A program made the translations under genes and the position numbers. From Gemmatimonadota bacterium (GTDB lineage: Bacteria > Gemmatimonadota > Gemmatimonadetes > Gemmatimonadales > Gemmatimonadaceae): DNA of 14,942 nt. The stretch spans positions 1 to 14,942 of the forward strand of contig JANMLN010000031.1 of NCBI GenBank assembly GCA_031372565.1. Reading direction: 5' to 3'. This document shows, piece by piece, positions 7,442 through 14,942 of this stretch. Numbering within the stretch: the first letter of the stretch is position 1; each line of letters opens with the position of its first letter. The notes beneath the pieces were generated by a model that was not told where the DNA came from, made no database searches, and saw only the letters and a list, made by a program, of their open reading frames with translations.

Positions 7442-10400
7442 ACGCCCGTGAAGTCGAAGCCGAGCTGCGGCGGGGTGGCCGCGAAGCCGCGTCCGTTGGT
7501 CTGTCCGCACAGTTGCCCCACCGTGCTCGGCTCGACGCTCGCCGACAGCGCGTACGTGCTGTTCACGCGATACTCGACCTTGAGGCCAAGCAGGTCGGTG
7601 ATCGAGTAGGTCTGGTTCTGCGACGCGGCCAGACCGCACAGCCCGACATTGCCGCTCAGGTAGGTGCGGTCCGTGAGCTGGATGCCGCCGCCCACGCGCG
7701 TGTTCGCGAGCAGCTGCTGCGTGACGTCGCGGTTCGGCCCCTGATTGCCGCGGTCGAGGCCGGCCGTCTGGATCGAGACGACATCGAGCAATCCGAGACC
7801 GGCCAGCTTGTCCGAGAGCGCGCTCCCCACGGTGGTGATCAGCGCGTTCGCGGCGGTGCCGCCCACGCCGGTCTGCTGGGTCGGGTCGCCGACGCCGAGT
7901 GCCGGACCACCGGTCACGAGATAGCTGATCAGGTCCGACTGCGAGAGCTTGGCCTCGTCGGCGCTCTCGAAGTCGAGCGTGGGCGTCTCCAGCCGACCGC
8001 CGATCTTGGCGCGGATTTTCCGGTCCTGCTGCACGAGCGTCGAGTTGAACTTGCGCACCGTGTGCACGGCGGCAATGTCGAGCGCCGGATTGACTTGCGC
8101 ATCTTCGCCGAAGAAGCGGATGCTGCCGCGCTCCACGTCGAAGGTGCGCTGCACGATCTCGCCGACGTTGAGCCGGTACGTCCCGCGTCGCACCAGCAGC
8201 GTGCCGTCGAGCGTGAACTCGCCCTGCGCCGAATCGAACCCGACCAGCGAGCGGCGGCGCGTGACGCGCACGGTGCCGTCGAGGTTGATGTTGGCCTCGC
8301 TCGATCGCAGCCAGACGTCGGAGCCCATCGTCACGCGCACGTCGCGCAGCGTCAGCGCATTGGCGAAGCCGGTCGTGGCCTGCGGCAACGGCCCGCGCCG
8401 CCCCACGGAGAGCGTGCTGTCGGAGGCCCGGTAGAGCGCGGGGTCGTCGAGCGACACGATGCGCTTCTGCGCGAGGTCGCGGATGTAGATCGCGCCGCGA
8501 TCCACCGTCAGCTGTCCATCGAGTACGGATGCGCTGAGCGGGCCGGTGAGCCGCAAGTCACCGGAGACATCCACATCGGCGACGCCGGGTTGGTCGATCA
8601 CGTTGAAGCTGCCCGCGCGCAGCCGCAGTCCGAACACCGGATCGGCCCAGTCTCGATAGCTCACCCCGCCACTCAGCGCGAGCGTGCCAAAGCGGCGCCC
8701 GCTCTTGAGGCGCGTCTGCACGCTGCGCGCGTCCAGCCGCTGCACGGCCAGCGAATCGCCGAAGAAGCGCAGGTCGGCGCCCAGACCGTCGACCGTCACA
8801 CGACCGAGTCCCGCGATGCGCGCTGCGCCATCGGTCACGCGCATGCCGCCACTGATGAGCGGATGCGCCCACGTGCCACCCAGCGCGAGATCCACGTCGA
8901 GTCGCCCGCTCGCATCCGTCACGGCATCCGTGAACGACTCGGCGAGCGACAGGTCGGCGGCCACCGAGCGGAAGCGGCCCCCGAGCGAATCGTCGAGCAG
9001 CCGCTGCGCCCGCGACTCGAGCGCGAGATCGATCGGCAGGTGCACCGTTCCGGAGAGCGCGAGGGCGGTGTCGCGGCGCAGTTGTACGGTCGCATCCAGC
9101 GCGCGGTCGGCATAGCGCCCCGTGAGCGTCAGCGCGCCGAGTGCGCCGGGTCCGAACCGGGCCCCCTCCACGGCCGCGTCGAGCGCCATCGCCGGCGCGG
9201 CACGCGTTCCGGTGATGCGCGCCGAGAACCGCCCGATGCCGCGCGCGCGTCCATCCGCACCCATCAACGCCGCGAGATCGCCCAACGGAAGCGAGTCCGC
9301 ATCGAAGCGCAGGTTGGTCCCCGCCTGGCCGTGCGCGAGCTGTCCCGCGAGGCGCATCCATCCGGTGCGTGTCCCCCGCACCTCCAGGGTGTCGAGCGCG
9401 AGCAGCTCGGCGCCATCGGTGAACGTGGCCGCGCGCGTCAGCCGCCACCGATTGCTCGCCGACCCGACGACCATCGAATCGATGATCCAGCGCGCCGTGT
9501 CCTGCACGGTGGCGAAGCGCCCGTTCAACCGCGCGTCGGTTCCGGGTCGGAAGATGGCGGCCACGGCGACGTCGGCGTGCTCGAGGTCGCGCGCCGTGCC
9601 GTCGATCGTCACCTGTTGCGCCGAGATGGCCCCGTAGCGCACCGTGTCGAGCGCCACGTGGAGTTGCACCCCCGACCGGGCCACCAGATCCTGCGCCTCG
9701 AGCCGCGCACTCACGGTGCGGACCGTGCTCCCCTGCCAGAGCAGCTGCTTGCCCAGCAACGTCGCGCGCATGCCCAGCGAGTCGCGGTTCCCCACGAGTC
9801 GGGCGTCGAGCGAGAGCGAACCACTCAAGGAATCGAGGGCGGCATCGAGTCGCGGCCCATCGGACGGATTCAGATAGCGGCGGAATCCGCCGAGGGAGTC
9901 GGCAAACACCACGATATGCAGCGAGTCCCGCTCTGTCGCCACGAGACCCAGGCCACCGCCGGCTGACAGCGTGAACGCCGAGGCATCGACACGCAACGTG
10001 TCGACGTGCAGCCGTCCGTCGGCGACGTTCAGCACGGCACGCATGCCGTAGAGCTTGGTCTTGTCGACGAGACCGGTGCCGATCTCGACGGTGGCGGCCC
10101 CGGCGAGATTCGCCAGCGAGTCGCCCCGCACGTCCATCACGAACGACCCGAACAGCGACGTGGTGGGCACGGAACGTTCGAGCGTGAGCGCGTTGAGGTC
10201 GAGGGCCTCGAACGTTCCGCGTCCCTCGAAGGCGAAGCCCGGTGGATAGGCGTCCACCGTACCGGCAAACGAGATGGCCCCCGCGGGCCCCTTGAGCCCT
10301 TCGCTCGACGCCATCTCGAGCGCTTCGGCGGTCCCGCGCGTGGTCAACGGCCCGCTCACGTTGCCGCGGAACGGGATCCTGGGGTAACTGCGCGCGAGCG

Positions 10401-12018
10401 TCGTGAATGCCAGCTGTTGAAAGCGCAAGTCGAGCTCGTAGCGATTGTCGCTGTCGTCCGGGAGCGTGATCCGTCCACTGCCGGTGGCCACGGTGGTATC
10501 GCCGTCCCCGTCGGCGTGCACGAGCGTGGCGCGCGAGAAGCGCATGTCGGTCCAGACCGAGTCGAGCACCATCCGCCCGCGGAACAGCCCCCGCAGGGTG
10601 GGGAAATCGGGATTCACGCGCTGCGCCGTGCGCAGGTCGAACTGCCGCACCTCCAGCTCGAAGCCGTGAAACGCCGTGAAGGCGGGATACAGGATGTCCA
10701 GCTCGCCGCGCCCCACGAACCGCGACTCGGCCCCCGGCACGCCGGCATCGCGGAAGGTGAGTCGCGCGTCGTCGACCTTCCAGTGATTGACCGGCCCACC
10801 CGAGGCCTTGAGCGTTCCCGTGATGTTGCCCTGCCAGTCGTACGGAAACGGCCCGCCGTTGAAGCGGCGCATCAAGTCGAAGTTGGCCGGCGCGAGCACG
10901 AGGTTCACGTCGCGCAGGCCGAGCACCGGTTCGCCCGAGGTGAAGGTCATGCCCCCCGTGATGCGCGAGCGGTACGCCCGCGCATCCATGTCGCTGAGCA
11001 CGAAGTCCATCGCGTTCAGGTTGCCGCGATGATTGTGCACGGCCACGCGCACCCGGCCGCCGCCCTGCTCCGGCACGCTCTTGTCGATCCAGGCGAAATC
11101 GGCCATCCCCGCCGAGTCGGACTGGAACACGAGATCCCAGCGCATCGGGATGCCGCCCCCCCACCAGACCTTGCCGCCGCCCCGCGCGACGGTGTGCGGG
11201 AGTTGAAAGCGGTCGAACGTCACCCAGACCGAGTCTCCCAGCAGGCGCACCAGGCCGCGCGCATTGCTGATCGTGAAGGGCGGGTCGTTCTCCACGATGT
11301 CGAGGCGGCGCACGACGAATTGCAGCCCGGCCGAATCTGGTTGCGCGATGCGCAGTCGTCCGGTCCAGAGCTGCGCACCGGTCCACCGGCGCGTCTTCAT
11401 GTAGCCTTCCGAGTCGGCGCGGATCTCCACGTCCTTGCTCGCCAGGGCATGACGGATCGCGCTGTCGCGACGCGCGCCCGAGAGCGAGTCGTCGGGATGC
11501 CATGGCTGCACGAGCCGCACTTCGCCGTCGCGCAGCGTCATCGAGTCGATGACCACCCAGTCGCCGAAGTCGCGCAACTTGGGCGTCAGGCGCGGCCGCC
11601 GCACCGGCGAGGGCGGAAAGATCTTGCGCCAGTTCCAGTCGGCGTCGCCGTGTTCCTTGATGCGGATGAAGGGCCGCGTGAGTTCCACGGTCTTGAACAC
11701 GATCTTGCGATCGATCAGATCGCGGACGTCATACGTCAGGTGGATCGGACCGGTGCGCACGAACGTCGAGTCGAGCCGGTCGCGCAGGTCGAGCGAGTCC
11801 ACGGTCACGTCGCCCAGCAGCGTGCCGCCGATCGAACCGACATACAGCGTGCCCTTGACGGCCCCCTTGAGCTGCGCCACCACGATCTCCCGTACCCAGT
11901 CACGGCCCACCTGCGTGCTGGTGAGCACGTACCCCGCGAGCCCCGCTGCGCCAAAGAGCGTGCCGAAGGCGAAGGTGGCCGACAGCAACACGAGGCGGCG
12001 GAGACGCATCGCGGCCAT
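7429..12018 (-). CDS. tamB: Translocation and assembly module TamB (AsmA-like, DUF490 C-terminus)
   Basis: About 1529 aa with one N-terminal membrane anchor (RLRRLVLLSATFAFGTLFGAAGLAGYVLT) and long beta-rich repeats. The C-terminal region is DUF490-like (NPALDIAA..., IGGRLETPTLDFES, SDLISYLVTG) and ends in WRF. It lies directly downstream of an Omp85 gene. Likely start is ATG 12018 (1 nt after the tamA stop) or 12009, not 12072. Confidence 0.88.
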   Translation of the reverse strand: MAAMRLRRLVLLSATFAFGTLFGAAGLAGYVLTSTQVGRDWVREIVVAQLKGAVKGTLYVGSIGGTLLGDVTVDSLDLRDRLDSTFVRTGPIHLTYDVRDLIDRKIVFKTVELTRPFIRIKEHGDADWNWRKIFPPSPVRRPRLTPKLRDFGDWVVIDSMTLRDGEVRLVQPWHPDDSLSGARRDSAIRHALASKDVEIRADSEGYMKTRRWTGAQLWTGRLRIAQPDSAGLQFVVRRLDIVENDPPFTISNARGLVRLLGDSVWVTFDRFQLPHTVARGGGKVWWGGGIPMRWDLVFQSDSAGMADFAWIDKSVPEQGGGRVRVAVHNHRGNLNAMDFVLSDMDARAYRSRITGGMTFTSGEPVLGLRDVNLVLAPANFDLMRRFNGGPFPYDWQGNITGTLKASGGPVNHWKVDDARLTFRDAGVPGAESRFVGRGELDILYPAFTAFHGFELEVRQFDLRTAQRVNPDFPTLRGLFRGRMVLDSVWTDMRFSRATLVHADGDGDTTVATGSGRITLPDDSDNRYELDLRFQQLAFTTLARSYPRIPFRGNVSGPLTTRGTAEALEMASSEGLKGPAGAISFAGTVDAYPPGFAFEGRGTFEALDLNALTLERSVPTTSLFGSFVMDVRGDSLANLAGAATVEIGTGLVDKTKLYGMRAVLNVADGRLHVDTLRVDASAFTLSAGGGLGLVATERDSLHIVVFADSLGGFRRYLNPSDGPRLDAALDSLSGSLSLDARLVGNRDSLGMRATLLGKQLLWQGSTVRTVSARLEAQDLVARSGVQLHVALDTVRYGAISAQQVTIDGTARDLEHADVAVAAIFRPGTDARLNGRFATVQDTARWIIDSMVVGSASNRWRLTRAATFTDGAELLALDTLEVRGTRTGWMRLAGQLAHGQAGTNLRFDADSLPLGDLAALMGADGRARGIGRFSARITGTRAAPAMALDAAVEGARFGPGALGALTLTGRYADRALDATVQLRRDTALALSGTVHLPIDLALESRAQRLLDDSLGGRFRSVAADLSLAESFTDAVTDASGRLDVDLALGGTWAHPLISGGMRVTDGAARIAGLGRVTVDGLGADLRFFGDSLAVQRLDARSVQTRLKSGRRFGTLALSGGVSYRDWADPVFGLRLRAGSFNVIDQPGVADVDVSGDLRLTGPLSASVLDGQLTVDRGAIYIRDLAQKRIVSLDDPALYRASDSTLSVGRRGPLPQATTGFANALTLRDVRVTMGSDVWLRSSEANINLDGTVRVTRRRSLVGFDSAQGEFTLDGTLLVRRGTYRLNVGEIVQRTFDVERGSIRFFGEDAQVNPALDIAAVHTVRKFNSTLVQQDRKIRAKIGGRLETPTLDFESADEAKLSQSDLISYLVTGGPALGVGDPTQQTGVGGTAANALITTVGSALSDKLAGLGLLDVVSIQTAGLDRGNQGPNRDVTQQLLANTRVGGGIQLTDRTYLSGNVGLCGLAASQNQTYSITDLLGLKVEYRVNSTYALSASVEPSTVGQLCGQTNGRGFAATPPQLGFDFTGVWRF

Positions 12019-12019
12019 G

Positions 12020-14299
12020 CTAGAACGCCTGCCCGATCGAGATCGACGGCACGAGCCGCGACCAGAAGTCACCCGGCGGCAGCGGCCGATAGGTGGACGG
12101 ACACGGGAGCGAACCGGCCGGCGAGCCGCCGGAGATCGTGTTGCCGGGGCTCACGCAGAAGAGCTGCCCGCCCGCGGAGAGCGGCTGGTCGTAGTACGCC
12201 GGACCCGCCTCGCGCTGGTACCAGTTGTACCCCAGGTCGAAGCGGAAGGCGCCGAACGCGGTGAGCACGCGCAGACCGACGCCCGGCGTCCAGCGCAGCG
12301 CCGACGCGTCGAAGCCGAGCGAGTTGCCGACGCGGTTCCACACGTTCCCCACGTCGGTGAACGCGGAGAGCTGCATGAGGCGGCCGAACACGGGACTGCG
12401 CACGCGATACTCGAGATTGGCGACTACCATCGTGTTGCCGCCGACCGGCACGACGATCTCGCGCGTGCTGCCGGGGGTGGCCACGAAGCTCGAGTCGGTG
12501 CCTCTCGGCACCACGGTGTAGCTCAGCGTCCGATAGACCGCAGGCCCCAACTCGTTCGGACGGTATCCGCGCACCGTGGTCGGACCGCCGGCGAACAACC
12601 GCTCCTGAATGGGGGTGAACTGCCCCTCGGCGCCAAGGCTGAAGCCACGCGTATCGAAGATGCCGCCCACGCGCAGCCGCGCCGCCAGCACACCGGTTTC
12701 ACCCACGCGCTGAAAGGCGGAGAAGTCGAGCACCAGCTTGTTGAAGCGGATGTTGGTTTCCGAACCGATCGTTGGCGACGCATGCCGGAAATCGAACCGC
12801 GCCGTGACCCCGCGCGTGGCGGTCACCGGCCGGTTGGTCCATTCCCGCACCGCCGACAGGCTGAGCACGGCCACGCGCTGCTCGCGCTGCGCATTCTCCC
12901 GGTCGGCCGCCTCGCAGAGTTGGTTGACCACGCAGAAGAAGGCCGGTGACGCCACCGTTCGTCCGAACTCGAGCGAGTACCCGAGCGACAGCGGAACCCC
13001 CCACAACTCGAGCGGACTGATCGAGACGTTCAAGCCGATCGGGGTCACGCGCCGATAGGCGTTGTACTCCGAGCGTTGTTCGGAGTAGATCGTGATGACC
13101 GGCACCGTCCGCAGGCCGAAGAGCACCGGCTGCCGGAACGAGATGCCCGCGTAGTAGTTGAGCGTGTCGCCGTACTGGTCCGCGTACGCGTCGGGATGGC
13201 ACAGCGAGTTGGCGCCGCTCCACTTGGCCGGCTCACCCACGCCGATGCGCGAGACGCGCCCCGTGAGCTGCACCCGCCGTGCGCCGCCGAGAAAGTTGTA
13301 GTCGGTGAGCGTGCCCTGCGTCCGGAAGCAGTCGATCGTGCCCCAACCGGCGCCCAGCGAGGCGGCGTACCGCTCGGCCTCGGTCACCTTGAGGACGAGC
13401 CGCGCTGCGGTGTCCGCGCGCGAGTTGCGCGAGGAGTCCAACTCGACGCGCACCTGGCGGAACGCTTCGGTGGCGTACAGTTGCCGCTGGCCCGTGACGA
13501 GATCCTGTTCGACATACAGGTCTCCGGCCGCGACGCCGAAGATGTTGCGCACATCGTCGGCACTCGTGCGCCCGGGTCCTCCCTTGCCGCCCTCGACCTC
13601 GACCGCCACGCTGCTGATGTGCGTGCGCGGCCCCGGCACGACGGCCAGCTCCACCGTCGCCGATCGCGTGCCGCGATTGACCTCGTAGTTGCGGAGCACG
13701 TCGGCGCGCGGATAGCCGAGGTTGCGCATCCGTCGCAACAGGGTGTCGCGGGCCGCGCTGATGGCGGCCTCGTCGAACACGCCACCACGCCTCAGCGGCA
13801 GCGTCTCGGTCAGACGACCGGCACCGGGCACCGCGTCGATGCCACTGATCACCAGCGCGACCACCACGGTGGGCAGCGACTCCTGGATGAGAAAGCGGAT
13901 CGAGACTTCGCGTCCGTCGCGCTGCACCGCCGTGTCCACGGTCGCCTGCGGAAAGCCGTGCGTCCGGTAGTAGAACTGCAGTCGCAGCACGTCGCCGGCG
14001 AACTGGCGCGGATCGAGGCACCGCTCCGTGGCCAGCGCACGCAGCACCGGCACGCGCGCCACCCAGCTCATCGGGGTCGTCACGATGCGACTCGCCAGCT
14101 CTTCGTCCGGGATCGAGTTGTTGCCGGCGAAGCGGACCTGTCGCACGCGCTCGCTCGCCGGTTCGCACGCGGCCGCGTCCTGCGCGCGAGCGGGTGCCGA
14201 GCCCGCCGCAATCAGCAACGTCCCCATCCACAACGGCATCGCCCCGGCCCATGCACGGGCGCCGCGCCACCATCGGCGCACGTCAGGCTTGCTCGGCAT
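12020..14299 (-). CDS. tamA: Omp85-family outer membrane protein, TamA-like (3 POTRA domains plus beta-barrel)
   Basis: Signal peptide ending APARA|Q, three POTRA-like units, the loop-6 motif VRGY (GGPTTVRGY), GVGLRVLTAFGAFRFDLGY, and a C-terminal beta-signal SIGQAF. Adjacent to tamB. Start is 14299 or possibly the internal ATG of MPLWMG. Confidence 0.88.
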   Translation of the reverse strand: MPSKPDVRRWWRGARAWAGAMPLWMGTLLIAAGSAPARAQDAAACEPASERVRQVRFAGNNSIPDEELASRIVTTPMSWVARVPVLRALATERCLDPRQFAGDVLRLQFYYRTHGFPQATVDTAVQRDGREVSIRFLIQESLPTVVVALVISGIDAVPGAGRLTETLPLRRGGVFDEAAISAARDTLLRRMRNLGYPRADVLRNYEVNRGTRSATVELAVVPGPRTHISSVAVEVEGGKGGPGRTSADDVRNIFGVAAGDLYVEQDLVTGQRQLYATEAFRQVRVELDSSRNSRADTAARLVLKVTEAERYAASLGAGWGTIDCFRTQGTLTDYNFLGGARRVQLTGRVSRIGVGEPAKWSGANSLCHPDAYADQYGDTLNYYAGISFRQPVLFGLRTVPVITIYSEQRSEYNAYRRVTPIGLNVSISPLELWGVPLSLGYSLEFGRTVASPAFFCVVNQLCEAADRENAQREQRVAVLSLSAVREWTNRPVTATRGVTARFDFRHASPTIGSETNIRFNKLVLDFSAFQRVGETGVLAARLRVGGIFDTRGFSLGAEGQFTPIQERLFAGGPTTVRGYRPNELGPAVYRTLSYTVVPRGTDSSFVATPGSTREIVVPVGGNTMVVANLEYRVRSPVFGRLMQLSAFTDVGNVWNRVGNSLGFDASALRWTPGVGLRVLTAFGAFRFDLGYNWYQREAGPAYYDQPLSAGGQLFCVSPGNTISGGSPAGSLPCPSTYRPLPPGDFWSRLVPSISIGQAF

Positions 14300-14373
14300 C
14301 CCTCGTGGTATGGGTGGTGGGGCCAGGGTGGATGCCTCGCGCGCGTTCTATATGATTGCGGTGGCGTACGAAA

Positions 14374-14402
14374 TTGACGCCCTCGGCGTGCCGGGGTAAC
14401 TT
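14374..14402 (+). promoter_or_regulatory. Sigma70-type promoter upstream of the MazG-like gene
   Basis: TTGACG (14374-14379), a 17-nt spacer, then TAACTT (14397-14402), in the divergent intergenic region. Confidence 0.65.
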
Positions 14403-14496
14403 CGCGCGCCTAAGCTGTTAGTGGCTAGAAAGATAGGTGGTTCCATCGGCGCGCGCCGTGGCCCCGCAGCGCCCCCTCCGACTGAGGCCCGATTCG

Positions 14497-14802
14497 ATGC
14501 TCTGGAGCGACTACCAGCGCGAGGCCGAGCGCACGCGGAACCCGGCACTGAGCCCACGTGATCGGGCCCTCGACGCCGCGGCCGGACTCGCAGAGGAAGC
14601 GGGGGAAGTCCTCGGACTCATCCGAAAGCATCAGATGCAGAGCAAGCCGCTGGACGCCGACGCGCTGCGGCTCGAGCTCGGCGACGTGCTCTGGTGCCTC
14701 AGCGCCGTCGCCTCCGATCATGGGTTGTCGCTCGAGGAGATCGCAGCGAGCAACGTCGAGAAGCTGCGGCGGCGCCACCCGGGAGGGTTCGGAACAGGCT
14801 GA
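14497..14802 (+). CDS. Single-domain MazG-like all-alpha nucleoside triphosphate pyrophosphohydrolase
   Basis: DYQREAERT...GLAEEAGEVLGLIRK...LELGDVLWCLSAVA...LEEIAASNVEKLRRRHP carries the ExxE...ExxD metal-binding motif. ATG 14497 has GAGG 9 nt upstream and is preferred over GTG 14437. Confidence 0.92.
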   Translation: MLWSDYQREAERTRNPALSPRDRALDAAAGLAEEAGEVLGLIRKHQMQSKPLDADALRLELGDVLWCLSAVASDHGLSLEEIAASNVEKLRRRHPGGFGTG

Positions 14803-14825
14803 GCTCGCCACGTGGCGGGCTGTTC
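14802..14825 (+). terminator. Possible intrinsic terminator hairpin
   Basis: Stem AGCTCGCC / GGCGGGCT (one G-U pair) with loop ACGT directly after the stop codon. The T tract that follows is weak. Confidence 0.4.
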
Positions 14826-14884
14826 AAACCCGCAGCGCAAAGCGGTTGTCCAACGGGGGTCTGCCACCCTTTCGAGTCCCCATC

Positions 14885-14942
14885 ATGCGCCTCATCCTGC
14901 TCGCCCTCGCGGTCGTCCTCGGCTCCTCCGCCTCGTCCGCCC
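14885..14942 (+). CDS. N-terminus of a secreted protein (partial, function unknown)
   Basis: MRLILLALAVVLGSSASSA...: basic residue, hydrophobic core and small-residue cleavage region typical of a Sec signal peptide. No clear SD. Truncated by the window end. Confidence 0.6.
   Translation, partial: MRLILLALAVVLGSSASSA

Noticed and set aside
1151..7609. 2152-aa plus-strand ORF
   Set aside because: It is the codon-aligned antisense shadow of three real genes that share one frame. Stops would need TTA, CTA or TCA codons on the coding strand, which are rare at this GC content. The product is Arg/His/Ala-rich with no recognisable motifs.
7513..12949. Long alternative ORFs over tamB/tamA (7513..9966 +, 10006..12264 +, 8558..11503 -, 11549..12949 +)
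   Set aside because: Antisense or shifted-frame shadows of high-GC coding sequence with low-complexity Arg/Ala/Gly/Ser composition.
14497..14802. MazG-like gene as part of a phage or anti-phage defence locus
   Set aside because: No phage, toxin-antitoxin or defence genes are adjacent in this window. A housecleaning role is the simpler reading.

Overview
High-GC bacterial DNA. The gene set and style suggest Gemmatimonadota, but this is an inference and was not verified. Seven tightly packed minus-strand genes run right to left: a TamA-like Omp85 protein, TamB (AsmA-like/DUF490), a YegS/DgkB-family lipid kinase, a soluble GAF/PAS histidine kinase with a degenerate C-terminal receiver, an NtrC-like regulator with degenerate GAFTGA and Walker B motifs, a 58-aa eight-cysteine zinc-finger-like protein missing from the ORF track, and a DmpA/NylC-like (P1/S58) Ntn hydrolase that runs off the left edge and is also missing from the track. 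Divergently on the plus strand are a sigma70-type promoter, a single-domain MazG-like pyrophosphatase, a hairpin, and the start of a secreted protein. I saw no RNA genes, mobile elements or CRISPR arrays. The most notable element is the signalling block: an apparently sigma54-independent, probably ATPase-impaired regulator followed by a FYVE/RING-like mini-finger coupled to an Ntn hydrolase, all downstream of a tamAB-lipid kinase unit.
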